From contig CATNEN010000005.1 of the NCBI GenBank assembly GCA_950097015.1, positions 4,650,001-4,714,000 on the forward strand: 64,000 bases of DNA. Reading direction: 5' to 3'. The stretch's first letter is position 1; the number at the start of each line of letters is the position of its first letter. The notes beneath the pieces were generated by a model. The model saw nothing but the letters and a program-made list of their open reading frames with translations, was not told the DNA's origin and ran no database searches. This DNA comes from Macrostomum hystrix. Lineage: Eukaryota; Animalia; Platyhelminthes. A program made the translations under genes and the position numbers. Shown piece after piece: positions 43,480 to 57,191 of the stretch.

Positions 43480-46400
43480 ATGCAGGTTTCTGCTACATCC
43501 TCCTTTGATTGGGACACTATTGAATTGTCAGATGCTGCAATAGATTCAGTCTTTTATCTTAATAGTAGCATTGAAGAATTAGAGAAAGATATTTCGGTGC
43601 CCCCAGAAGCTACTAAAACTAAACCTAAGAGGACAAATAGTGAGAAGGTGAGATTTGTCAAGATTGTTAATTTAAGCATTCAAAGAAACAATATTGTAGG
43701 AACTATTTATATGTATTAAAAAAGATTAATATTAACCATATTCAGTGTTTTATTTTCTAGTATAGGTTTGCATAATAGTATAAATAAGGAAGTTTTTACT
43801 TGTTAAATAGGTATATATAGCTGAATTATTTCATTTTTGTCAATCATGCAGTCAGTGGGTCTAATAAAACTTTTTAATATTTTAAATTTATATAATTAGC
43901 TAGCAAATAGAAACCACATTCATGATTATTTCATGTGTTTATAAGGCACAGTTCTAAAAGCCAGTGCAAACTTAGTTTATGTACAATTTTTATTAAGGTC
44001 CTAGCTTGCTTGCTTGGTATTTGTAGTGTAGAAGTTTGTCATAAATAGTATTGTCTACACATACTATAGTATATAATCTTGGAGGTGGCTATTAGGTTAA
44101 AACCAGCATTCCATTTTGCATTGTGTACCTAGAGCAAAAATAATTTTGGGTTACTTTTGGCATACAAATAACATGTCCTGAGTGTGGATATCGATCAATA
44201 TAAACTTTCTATAACATTCAATTTCAGTATTTCTTCCTACATTATTTCTCTAAAACTTTTTGTAGGACTCACCTGATGAAATTACAGAATTGACAAACAT
44301 CACTGAGGTAAGCACATACAAATAATTCAGCTTATTAGATTGACATTTCCATAAATTTAATGCTAAGTTTATATTTATCCCCACTGTGCTATACTATCTA
44401 ACTGAAATTTCAGTTCCTTGAATGGTACAAAGAATATGAAGATGAGTCTGATGATCCCAGTGACATGCTTGTAAGGTAAGCTTGTGTAATTTTATAATAC
44501 ATTTGAAAAGCTTTTTATAGGATAAGATACCAGCAATAAAAGTCCTACTCCCACCTATCTTCAGTCCTTTTATATTCCTACCTTTATATATATATATATA
44601 TAAGTATATGTCCCATTCCTGACTATTCTAAATGAATTGCAATCCAAGCAATCGCAGTATTTTGTTCGCACTATCAGAAGCATTCAAGCAGGCCTACAAA
44701 AGGAGCGAGCGAAATGGCAAGAGCTACTCCAGGGTATCACAGAAACTCTAGCCAGCCTGGACCAGTTGAGGGCGCAATACAGCGAAGTCGCCGGCAAGAC
44801 TAACGCGTTGCATCACGACTGCGAGCACCTGCTAGCTGAGCAGGACCGGCTGCTACATAGGGCGCAACAGATTGATGCCTGCTTGGACTATTTCAATCAT
44901 CACGATAGGATCTCTGCGGTTGGTGCCATAAAAAAATTATTATAAACTTTATATTCGCCAGACAGGGACCTAGAACTACCAAAAATCCTCAAAGTAGGCC
45001 GGTGGCAGAGCGGTTAACACGTTTGCCCCTCGCACCAAGGTCCCTAAGCTCGATTCCGCGGCGAGGCCACGTTTATTTGAGGCGCAGCCGCGGAGAGAAG
45101 GCTTGGGTGCTTGTCATGTAATTTATGCCCTTGAGGGCCAACCTCGAAGGCGCAGTGAGAGTGTACACTGCCTCACGATGAGAAAGTCAGGGCAGATGTA
45201 CACACCTGTGTGAGCGTGTGCCTGTGTACGGTATATGTGTGCGTGTGTGCTCAGGAGTCAGCGAAATGGGCAGGATTGCCTTCTCGCTGGCTCCTGCAAT
45301 TATTATTATTATTATTAACAATCCTCAATCATAAATCTTTATTATCTTCTTAGAATCCTATAGATTTATTTTGCTTTCAAGAATCTCTTAGTTTCCTGGA
45401 AAACCTATGAGTTTCCTGTTTATATCCTAGAGACTCTGTTAGTTTCATATAAACCTTAGCGATTTTCTAGAATCCCTATTAATTCCTCAAAAATCGAATT
45501 AGTGTCCTAGAATCCCGAGTAGTTTCCTAGAATCCCGAGTAGTTTTCTAGAATCCCGAGTAGTTTCCTAGAATCCCGAGTAGTTTCCTAGAATCCCGAGT
45601 AGTTTCCTAGAATCCCGAGTAGTTTCCTAGAATCCCGAGTAGTTTCCTAGTATCCCGAGTAGTTTCCTAGAATCCCGAGTAGTTTCCTAGAATCCCGAGT
45701 AGTTTCCTAGAATCCCGAGTAGTTTCCTAGAATCCCGAGTAGTTTCCTAGAATCCCGAGTAGTTTCCTAGTATCCCGAGTACTTTCCTAGAATTCCTATT
45801 AGTTTCCTAGAATCCCGAGTAGTTTCCTAGAATCCCGAGTAGTTTCCTAGAATCCCGAGTAGTTCCTAGAATCCGGTTAGTTTCCTAGAATCCTATTAGT
45901 TTCCTAGAATCCCTACTAGTTTTCTAGAATCCCGAGTAGTTTCCTAGAATCCGGTTAGTTTCCCAGAATTCCCATTAGTTTCCTAGAATCCCTATTAGTT
46001 TTCTAGAATCCCGAGTAGTTTCCTAGAATCCCGAGTAGTTTCCTAGAATCCCGAGTAGTTTCCTAGAATCCGGTTAGTTTCCCAGAATTCCCATTAGTTT
46101 CCTGGAATAAAATTTACTGGTTTTTTTCAAAATGCATATTGCTATCCTAGAATCCCCATGTTATAGACCAATGGATTTGACTTTGGGATTTATCCTTAAA
46201 GTACTATAAAATCCCCTCAATCGATATTTCTAACATTCACCTTCCTTTTCAGAAGCTAAGCTCACCTTATCTACAAGTGACTGCCGAATCTCTTCAACCA
46301 GTTCTTAGCCAAATTGACGACTGTCTAGAATTCGTCAATCGACACCCGGAATTCAAGGAGGCGCACAATTACCACATCAAATTCAAGCAGGTTCTGGCCA

Positions 46401-49400
46401 GATGTCTCACACTGATCCACGATTCTGTGTTCTCAGTGTTGGAGAATGCCGTTTTTAGTCTCGAATCGCAGATTGATCAGCTGTCACCTGAAAATGCTTT
46501 CACCCTGTTCTATGGTCGGTTTAGGAGTCACAGCGCCAAAGTGAGATTTTTTGTCTGCCTGTGAAATAATAATTTTGTTATTATATGTCTTGTTACCTAA
46601 TCAGGTTAAATGGTTTCATAATCTCTTATTGTCTTCCTAAATCCCGATCGCTAATGCTTGTTCTCTAATCCTGGTTCTCTAATCCTGGTTCTCTAATCCT
46701 GGTTCTCTAATCCTGGTTCTCTAATCCTGGTTCTCTAATCCTGGTTCTTTATTCCTTGTTCTCTAGTCCTTATTCTCTAATCCTTGTTCTCTAATCCTTG
46801 TTATCTAAGCCTGGTTCTCTAATTCTTGTTCTCGAATCCTTGTTCTCTAATCATACTTCTCTAATCCTTGTTCTCTATTCCTTGTTCTCTAATCCTTTTT
46901 CTATTATCCTTATTCTCTTAATCCTTGTTCTCTAATCTTTGTTCTATATCCTTGTTCTCTTATCTTTGTTCTCTAATCCTTGTTCTCTAATCTTTGTTCT
47001 CTATCCTTGTTCTCTTATCTTTGTTCTCTAATCCTGGTTCTCTAATCCTGCTTCTTTATTCCTTGTTCTCTGATTCTTGTTCTTTAATCCTTGTTCTCTA
47101 ATCCTTGTTCTCTAACCTTATTCTCTAATCCTTATTCTCTAATCCTTATTCTCTAATCCATGTTCTCTAATCCTTGTTCTCTTATCTCTGATCTCTAATC
47201 CATGTTCTCTAATCCTAGTTCTCTTATCTCTGATCTCTAATCCATGTTCTCTAATCCATGTTCTCTAATCCTTGTTCTCTTATCTCTGATCTCTAATCCA
47301 TGTTCTCTAATCCTAGTTCTCTTATCTCTGATCTCTAATCCATGTTCTCTAATCTTTGTTCTCTAATCCTTGTTCACTTATTCTGGTAAAAATGTATTGT
47401 TCAACTCTAAGCCATTTTCTCGAATACGATTTCTTGATTATACTTTTATTTAATTTATAACTACGACTCGTAGTTGAAAATTGACTCAGTCTCTCGGCTT
47501 ATTCTGATTTATTAAATTTCCACGTTTCTATATGAAATCAGTTCAAAAAGCCATACATGCCTACTAACAAGCCAAAATCAAGTAGCATAATACGCAAACG
47601 CATTGTAAGGTTCGCCCGCTAATGGAATTACTGGAAAATCGCCGGTCGCGCAGTCAAGATTATCAATCGGCGCTGCACGAGTGCGCATCGGCCTACGTTC
47701 AGCACCGAGAGCGCCTTCTGCAGCCCAGCGTCCAAGCAGCTATCAACGAGATGACCGTCCGCTGCGCTAACGATCATTGCAGCCTAGCCAGGACTGGCTG
47801 CTCGTTTCTGTTGCACCTATGCGACGACGAAGAGAGCCTATTTCGTCAGTTCTTTCGCTCCCTGCACCCGCTATTAACTGGCATGCTGCGTCGGTTGTGC
47901 TCAATATTCTATGAAGCATTCAGGCCTAGCGTGATACATATGCAGCATCTGGAGACGCTGAGCGAACTCTGCCACATTCTGCAACGTGAGGCTATCGATC
48001 TGTCTGCTCAGCAACAGCAGCTGGCTTATAGGGAGGCTTCGCGAGATTCTTTGTCTGGTGAGGACTGCTAGAATCGTACAGAAATTCAGAGCATGACTCA
48101 ACTCTGTTAAAGAAACCGAAGCTACGCTCGAGTAGATCTAGAATAGTCATAGTTGAAGGAATCGCAGCTAGAATCGTCATAGTAAAGGAATCGCATCTAG
48201 AATGGTCTCAGTTAAAGGAATCGATTCTAGAATAGTCTCAGTTGTAGGAATCGCATCTGGAATCGCCAAAATTGAAGGAATCGCAGCTAGAATCGCCAGA
48301 GTTAAAGGAATCGCATCTAGAATAGTCTCAGTTGAAGGAATCGCATCTAGAATCGCCAAAATTGAAGGAATCGCAGCTAGAATCGTCAAAATTAAAGGAA
48401 TCGCATCTAGAATGGTCTCAGTTAAAGGAATCGATTCTAGAATAGTCTCAGTTGAAGGAATCGCATCTAGAATCGCCGAAATTGAAGGAATCGCATCTAG
48501 AATAGTCTCAGTTGAAGGAATCGCATCTAGAATTGCCAAAATTGAAGGAATCGCATCTAGAATCGCCAAAATTGAAGGAATCACAGCTAGAATCGCCAAA
48601 ATTGAAGGAATCGCAGCTAGAATGGTCTCAGTTAAAGGAATCGAATCTAGAATAGTCTCAGTTGAAGAAATCGCATCTAGAATCGCCAAAATTGAAGGAA
48701 TCGCAGCTAGAATCGTCAAAATTAAAGGAATCGCATCTAGAATGGTCTCAGTTAAAGGAATCGATTCTAGAATAGTCTCAGTTGAAGGAATCGCATCTAG
48801 AATCGCCGAAATTGAAGGAATCGCATCTAGAATTGCCAAAATTGAAGGAATCGCAGCTAGAATCGCCGGAGTTAAAGGAATAGCATCTAGAATAGTCTCA
48901 GTTGAAGGAATCGCATCTAGAATTGCCAAAATTGAAGGAATTGCAGCTAGAATCGTCAAAATTAAAGGAATCGCATCTAGAATCGTCATAGTAAAGGAAT
49001 CGCTGCTAGAATCGTCATGGTTGAAGGAATAGCACGTAGAATCGTCAAAGTTTAAGGAATCCATCGATATTCGTCATAGTTAAAGGAATCGCAGGTAGAA
49101 TCGTCATAGTTGAAGGAATCGCAGGTAGAATCGTCATAGTTGAAGGAATCGCAGGTAGAATCGTCATAGTTGAAGGAATCGCATCGATATTCGTCATAGT
49201 TGAAGGAATCGCATCTAGAATCGTCATAGTTGAAGGAATCGCATCGATATTCGTCATAGTTGAAGGAATCGCAGGTAGAATCGTCATAGTTGAAGGAATC
49301 GCATCGATATTCGTCATAGTTGAAGGAATCGCAGGTAGAATCGTCAACATTGAAAAATGCTAATCTAGAATCCCACTGACAACTATTCTTTGCAGATCAA

Positions 49401-52400
49401 GATCAGATCAAGTCTAATTTGCCGACTGCTTCGGCTCCCGATCCCGAAGCTGGAGCAGCCTTTATCTGGGCCTGCCGAGCCATTCTAGCCGACGCCCAAG
49501 AGCGCTTAGTCTATCGCACCCACGTCTACGCTAATTCGGAAATTTTGGGCTTCAAACCGGCGCCTGGAGATTTAGCTTATCCTGACAAGCTTGAAATGAT
49601 GCGTAATATTGCCGATAGTTTGAATACTGGCCAGGTGAGATTATTAGTGATTAACTCGGACACAATAAGGCTTGTTATTAACGCGTCGGACGCAACGCGA
49701 CTTGTTAAAAAAAACGTCCCCTATTAGATCTTGTCTGATGGATAATAACTAGGCCATAGTTATAGATCTAGTGCGTTCCCGATGAATAGTAATGCCAATT
49801 AGAGTGGGCGATAAAGGATAGTTTCTTTTCAGGAAACTGTAACGCCCTTGCTAGAATAGCAATTTCATTCTTACTTTAATTACCCCACAGACATCCTAGA
49901 ATCCCCACAGCCATCCTAGAATCCCCAAAGTCATCCTAGAAGTCCCACAGACATTCTAGAATCCACGCAGCCATCCTAGAATCCCACAGACATTCTAGAA
50001 TCCCCAAAGCCATCCTAGAATCCCCACAGCCACCCTAGAATCCCAGACATTCTAGAATCCCCACAGCCATCCTAGAATCCCAGACATTCTAGAATCCCCA
50101 CAGCCATCCTAGAATCCCAACAGCCATCCTAGAATGCCCACAGCCATCCTAGAATCCCCAAAGCCATCCTAGAATCCCCACAGGCATCCTAGAATCCCCT
50201 CGGCTATCCTAGAATCCCCACAGACATCCAAGAATCCCCACAGCCCTCCTAGAATTCACACAGGCATCCAAGAATGCCCACAGCCACCCTAGAATCCCCA
50301 AAGCCATCCTAGAATCCCCACAGGCATCCAAGAATGCCCACATCCACCCTAGAATCCCCAAAGCCATCCTAGAATCCCCACAGGCATCCAAGAATGCACA
50401 CAGCCATCCTAGAATCCCCAAAGCCATCCTAGAATCCCCACAGGCATCCTAGAATCCCCTCGGCTATCCTAGAATCCCCACAGACATCCAAGAATCCCCA
50501 CAGCCCTCCTAGAATTCCCACAGGCATCCAAGAATGCCCACAGCCACCCTAGAATCCCCAAAGCCATCCTAGAATCCCCACAGGCATCCAAGAATGCCCA
50601 CATCCACCCTAGAATCCCCAAAGCCATCCTAGAATCCCCAACAGGCGTCCAAGAATGCACACAGCCATCCTAGAATCCCCAAAGCCATCCTAGAATCCCC
50701 ACAGGCATCCTAGAATCCCCTCGGCTATCCTAGAATCCCCACAGACATCCAAGAATCCCCACAGCCCTCCTAGAATTCCCACAGGCATCCAAGAATGCCC
50801 ACAGCCACCCTAGAATCCCCAAAGCCATCCTAGAATCCCCACAGGCATCCAAGAATGCCCACATCCACCCTAGAATCCCCAAAGCCATCCTAGAATCCCC
50901 AACAGGCGTCCAAGAATGCACACAGCCATCCTAGAATCCCCAAAGCCATCCTAGAATCCCCACAGGCATCCTAGAATCCCCTCAGCTATCCTAGAATCCC
51001 CACAGACATCCAAGAATCCCCACAGCCATCCTAGAATCCCCACAGGCATCCTAGAATCCCCACAGACATCCTAGAACCCCCACAGCCATCCTATAATCCC
51101 AACAGGCATCCTAGAACCCCCACAGGCATCCTAGAATTCCCACAGGCATCCTATAATCCTAACAGCTACAATATCCCCACAGCGATCCTACAATCCCCAC
51201 TTAACAGCCATCTAAAAATCCTAACAGCCATCAATCTCAGAATCCTAGCCATCTTATAATCCCCATTGCCTTTCCAGAATCCCAACAGCAATTTATCCCA
51301 GAATCCCAACAGCAACTTATCCTAGAATCCCAACAGCAATTTATCCCAGAATCCCAAAAGCAATTTATCTCAGAATCCCAACAGCAATTTATCCCAGAAT
51401 CCCAACAGCAATTTATCCCAGAATCCCAACAGCAATTTATCCCAGAATCCCAACAGCAATTTATCCCAGAATCCCAACAGAAATTAATCCCAGAATCCCC
51501 ACAGTCACTCTGTTTAATCTGAAATGTTATCAATCGTCTGTCAGGTGACAGCAGGAGGCGCCCTTGCTGACGCGGGCCTCGCAGCGCCGCATCCGCCATC
51601 GTCGCCGTCTGGCAATATGCCGATGTCGCCAGCTGACCTGCACGGCATGTGGTATCCGACTGTGCGACGTACTTTAACGCTGCTGTCTAAACTCAGCCGG
51701 TGCCTGGATAGGGGCACATTTCAAGGCCTAGCCCAGGAGGTGCTAGATCTATGCGTTCAATCGCTGATGTCGGCATCTAAGGCTATCGGTGGTCGAAAAT
51801 CAACGGTGGATTGCGACCTATTCCTAATGAAACACCTGCTGATTCTTAGGGAACAGGTGGCGCCGTTTCAGCTGGACAATGCCGGCATTATTAGAGAGGC
51901 CAGCCTAGATTTTAGCAAGATGCGCTCCGCTGCCGTTAATCTAATCTCGTCTAGGGGTCGAATGTTGGCGTTAAATAGGAATAATGCATTCCTGCAATTC
52001 CTGCTGGAGAGTCGGCCGGATGTAGTTGAGAATACGCTGGACTGCAGACAACAGGTCAGTTTTTGCTGCCACTTCACCTAAATCGATTTGACTTGATGAA
52101 TGACGTGTTGATTGACATGGCGAATGACGTGTTGATTGGCATGATGAATGACGTGTTGATTGACATGACGAATGGCGTGTTGATTGACATGACGAATGAC
52201 GTGTTGATTGACATGACGAATGACGTGTTGATTGACATGACGAATGAAGTGTTGATTTGACTTGATAAATGACGTGTTGATTGACATGACGAATAAGGTG
52301 TTGATTTGACTTGATAAATGACGTGTTGATTGACATGACGAATAACGTGTTGATTGACACGATAAATAACGTGTTGATTGACACGATAAATAACGTGTTG

Positions 52401-55400
52401 ATTGACATGACGAATGACGTGTTGATTTGACTTGATAAATGACGTGTTGATTGACATGACGAATAACGTGTTGATTGACACGATAAATAACGTGTTGATT
52501 GACACGATAAATAACGTGTTGATTGACACGATAAATAACGTGTTGATTGACACGATAAATAACGTGTTGATTGACACGATAAATAACGTGTTAATTGAAA
52601 TCATTTTGTGGCTTGATTTTAGACGTGATGATTGACACAAGAGAATAGCAATAAGATCGACTTGATGCGGTAAATTAGGAATTATTGACGAAATTTTTTA
52701 CATTTGACAATAATTAGGAGTTATTTTCTAGTATGGTAGCACCGCTTCCTCCTTCAGGTGGATTCTGAGCTGCGGTCCACTTGTCAGCGTTTCATCGCCT
52801 CAGCTAGCGATCGCCTAACTCAGGGCCTGACCGAATTCTGCAGAATGTGCTCAAATCTGGACGAGTTAAACAGCTCCGGTGCTTCTAGTCGAGGCGATAA
52901 CAGAGAGCAGGTGGCGTTATTGCGTAATCAGCCTTGGTCAACACCCGAGAAACTGCACGACCTGCTAGCCGAGTCATACAAGAGACTCAAGACTCAAGTT
53001 CCAGCACTGCTCAATAGCTTGAGATTGTATCTGGCCAATCAGGACACTGAGCACATACTGTTTAGGCCAATTAAAGTGAGCTTTGGATTCTAATGGGAGC
53101 TGATATGGATTCTCATGGAGATTAATAGGGATTCTCATGGAGATTAATATGGATTCTCATGTAGATTAATATGGATTCTAATGGAGATTACTCGTAATAT
53201 GGATTCTCATGTAGATTAATATGGATTCTAATGGGAGCTTATATGGATTCTCATGGTGATTAATATGGATTCTCATGGAGATTAATATGGATTCTCATGG
53301 AGATTAATAATATGAATTCTCATGGAGATTAATAATATGAATTCTCATGGAGATTAATATGGATTCTCATGGAGATTAATATGGATTCTCATGGAGATTA
53401 TTAATATGAATTCTCATGGAGATTAATAATATGAATTCTCATGGAGATTAATAATATGAATTCTCATGGAGATTAATATGGATTCTCATGGAGATTAATA
53501 ATATGAATTCTCATGGAGATTAATATAGATTCTCATGGGGATTAATATGGATTCTCATGGAGATTAATATGGATTCTCATGGGGATTAATATGGATTCTC
53601 ATGAAGATTAATATGGATTCTCATGGGGATTAATATGGATTCTCATGGAGATTAATATGGATTCTCATGGGGATTAATATGGATTCTCATGAAGATTATT
53701 AATATGAATTCTCATGGAGATTAATATGGATTGTCATGTAGATTAATATGGATTCTTATGTAGATTATTAATATGGATTCTCATGGGGATTATTAATATG
53801 AATTCTCATGGAGATTAATAATATGAATTCTCATGGAGATTAATAATATGAATTCTCATGGAGATAAATAATATGAATTCTCATGGAGATAAATAATATG
53901 AATTCTCATGGAGATTAATAATATGAATTCTCATGGAGATTAATATGGATTCTCATGGGGATTAATATGGATTCTCGTGGAGATTAATAATATGAATTCT
54001 CATGGAGATTAATATGGATTCTTATGGGGATTAATATGGATTCTCATGGAGATTGTTAATATGAATTTTCATGGAGATTAATATGGATTCTCATGTAGAT
54101 TAATAGGGATTCTCATGGAGATTAATATGGATTCTCATGGAGATTAATACGGATTCTCATGTAGATTATTACGGATTCACATGGAGATTAATAGGGATTC
54201 TCATGCAGATTAATATGGATTCTCATGGAGATTAATACGGATTCTCATGGAGATTAATAGGGATTCACATGGAGATTAATATGGATTCTCATGTAGATTA
54301 TTACGGATTCTCATGGAGATTAATAATATGGATTCTCATGGAGATTAATAATATGAATTCTCATGGAGATTAATAATATGAATTCTTATGGAGATTAATA
54401 TGGATTCTCATGGAGATTAATATGGATTCTCATGGAGATTAATAATATGAATTCTCATGGAGAATAATATGGATTCTCATGGAGATTAATATGGATTCTC
54501 ATGGAGATTAATATGGATTCTAATGGGAGCTTATATGGATTCTCATGGTGATTAATATGGATTCTCATGTAGATTAATAGGGATTCTCATGGAGATTAAT
54601 ATGGATTCTCATGGAGATTAATACGGATTCTCATGTAGATTATTACGGATTCACATGGAGATTAATAGGGATTCTCATGCAGATTAATATGGATTCTCAT
54701 GGAGATTAATACGGATTCTCATGGAGATTAATAGGGATTCACATGGAGATTAATATGGATTCTCATGTAGATTATTACGGATTCTCATGGAGATTAATAA
54801 TATGGATTCTCATGGAGATTAATAATATGAATTCTCATGGAGATTAATAATATGAATTCTTATGGAGATTAATATGGATTCTCATGGAGATTAATATGGA
54901 TTCTCATGGAGATTAATAATATGAATTCTCATGGAGAATAATATGGATTCTCATGGAGATTAATATGGATTCTCATGGAGATTAATATGGATTCTAATGG
55001 GAGCTTATATGGATTCTCATGGTGATTAATATGGATTCTCATGGAGATTAATATGGATTCTCATGGAGATTAATAATATCGATTCTCATGTAGATTAATA
55101 GGGATTCTCATGGAGATTAATATGGATTCTCATGGAGATTAATACGGATTCTCATGTAGATTATTACGGATTCACATGGAGATTAATAGGGATTCTCATG
55201 CAGATTAATATGGATTCTCATGGAGATTAATACGGATTCTCATGGAGATTAATAGGGATTCACATGGAGATTAATAATATGGATTCTCATGGAGATTAAT
55301 AATATGAATTCTCATGGAGATTAATAATATGAATTCTTATGGAGATTAATATGGATTCTCATGGAGATTAATATGGATTCTCATGGAGATTAATAATATG

Positions 55401-57191
55401 AATTCTCATGGAGATTAATATGGATTCCCATGGAGATTAATATGGATTCTCATGGAGATTAATATGGATTCTAATGGGAGCTTATATGGATTCTCATGGA
55501 GATTAATAATATGGATTCTCATGGAGATTAATAATATGGATTCTCATGGAGATTAATATGGATTCTCATGGAGATTAATAATATGGATTCTCATGGAGAT
55601 TAATAATATGGATTCTCATGGAGATTAATATGGAATCTCATGTAGATTAATAGGGATTCTCATGGAGATTGATATGGATTCTCATGGAGATTAATATGGA
55701 TTCTCATGGAGAATAATAATATGGATTCTCATGTAGATTAATAGGGATTCTCATGAAGATTAATATGTATTCTCATGTAGATTAATATGGATTCTCATGG
55801 ACATTATTATGTATTCTCATGGAGATTAATATGGATTCTTTTGGAGATTAATATGGATTCTCTTGGATATTAATATGGATAATATGGAAATTTAATAATG
55901 CTTTTCAAAATCGGCAATCTGACATTATTGCTAAAATAAAAATATGTAATAAAAAGTATTTTAGGGCTTCTAAGAATGGCTTATAATCAAAACATTCTAG
56001 CTTCTATTATCCTAAAATTCAGGCCAATACTCTGCAGTGCTACAAGACCATCGAGGCAATACTCGATAAGCACTACACTGAAGAGGAGCGACAAATTGTG
56101 GCATGTCCCACTGTGGAGCAGGTAAGTAGGATATTTGCAATGCATCCTCATACTTGCCGTGCAGCTTAATTGAAAACCCCACAAAATTTGTAAGCAGTAA
56201 TCTTTGAATTTGGACCTATTTATTCTTCAGGAACTCTCTTCTCACAGATCCTTCAGGAACTCTCTTCTCACAGATGCTTCAGGAACTCTCTTCTCACAGA
56301 TGCTTCATGAACTCTCTTCTCACAGATGCTTCAGGAACTCTCTTCTCACAGATCCTTCAGGAACTCTCTTCTCACAGATGCTTCAGGAACTCTCTTGTCA
56401 CAGATGCTTCAGGAACTCTCTTCTCACAGATGCTTCAGGAACTCTCTTCTCACAGATGCTTCAGGAACTCTCTTCTCACAGATGCTTCAGGAACTCTCTT
56501 CTCACAGATGCTTCAGGAACTCTCTTCTCACAGATGCTTCTCACAGATGCTTCAGGAACTCTCTTCTCACAAATGCTTCAGGAACTCTCTTCTCACAAAT
56601 GCTTCAGGAACTCTCTTCTCACAGATGCTTCAGGAACTCTCTTCTCACAGATGCTTCAGGAACTTTCTTCTCACAGATGCTTCAGGAACTCTCTTCTCAC
56701 AGATGCTTTAGGAACTCTCTTTTCACGGATGCTTCTCACAGATGCTTCAGGAACTCTCTTCTCACAAATGCTTCAGGAACTCTCTTCTCACAAATGCTTC
56801 AGGAACTCTCTTCTCACAGATGCTTCAGGAACTCTCTTCTCACAGATGCTTCACGAACTCTCTTCTGACAGATGCTTCAGGAACTCTCTTCTCACAGATG
56901 CTTCAGGAACTCTCTTCTGACAGATGCTTCAGGAACTCTCTTCTCACAGATGCTTCAGGAACTCTCTTCTCACAGATGCTTCAGGAACTCTCTTCTGACA
57001 GATGCTTCAGGAACTCTCTTCTCACAGATGCTTCAGGAACTCTCTTCTCACAGATGCTTTAGGAACTCTCTTCTCACAGCTCCTTCAGGAACTCTCTTCT
57101 CACAAAAATCCTGAAAGTGGTGTACGCTACCCGACAGCAAGTATTATTGTTATTGCAGGTGAATTTGCTGCTCAACCCAAGCCGTGACTGA
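43480..57191 (+). CDS. COG3: Conserved oligomeric Golgi complex subunit 3, 11 exons, about 815 aa
   Basis: Exons 43480-43647, 44266-44307, 44414-44475, 44678-44918, 46253-46540, 47610-48057, 49396-49634, 51545-52054, 52758-53075, 56023-56121 and 57159-57191; total 2448 nt. Motifs KTNALHHDCEHLL, DAQERLVYRTHVY..SEILGFKPAPGDLAYPDKL, DLHGMWYPTVRRTL..LSKL.RC, LFLMKHLLILREQVAPF, IVACPTVEQ. The exon 3/4 junction has an alternative phase-0 solution. Confidence 0.95.
44997..45250 (+). mobile_element. tRNA-derived SINE (family A), most complete copy, in COG3 intron 4
   Basis: A-box tggcagagcgg, B-box-like gctcgattcc, GC-rich body and a (GT)-rich tail. Homologous copies at 23181, 25195 and 34690. Confidence 0.78.
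45470..46105. repeat. 20-bp minisatellite (ctagaatcccgagtagtttc), COG3 intron 4
   Basis: Near-perfect tandem copies. Confidence 0.95.
46655..47375. repeat. 14-bp minisatellite (aatcctggttctct), COG3 intron 5
   Basis: Tandem copies with variants. Confidence 0.92.
48065..49350. repeat. 30-bp minisatellite (gaaggaatcgcatctagaatcgccaaaatt), COG3 intron 6
   Basis: 10-aa periodicity in ORFs 48177..49064 and 48202..49032. Confidence 0.95.
49885..51500. repeat. 20-21-bp minisatellite (ctagaatccccacagccatc) followed by a 24-bp array (ccagaatcccaacagcaatttatc), COG3 intron 7
   Basis: Two adjacent related arrays. Confidence 0.93.
52085..52600. repeat. 24-bp minisatellite (gacgtgttgattgacatgacgaat), COG3 intron 8
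   Basis: Tandem copies starting about 30 nt after the donor. Confidence 0.93.
53085..55885. repeat. 22/25-bp minisatellite (atggattctcatggagattaat), COG3 intron 9
   Basis: About 2.8 kb of a 2.95-kb intron. Confidence 0.96.
56225..57105. repeat. 26-bp minisatellite (tcaggaactctcttctcacagatgct), COG3 intron 10
   Basis: Tandem copies; the same unit reappears at 63973. Confidence 0.96.

Noticed and set aside
45470-46105. GGGATT/AATCCC core as telomeric repeat
   Set aside because: Tandem TTAGGG reads GGGTTA, not GGGATT, and there are no hexamer arrays.
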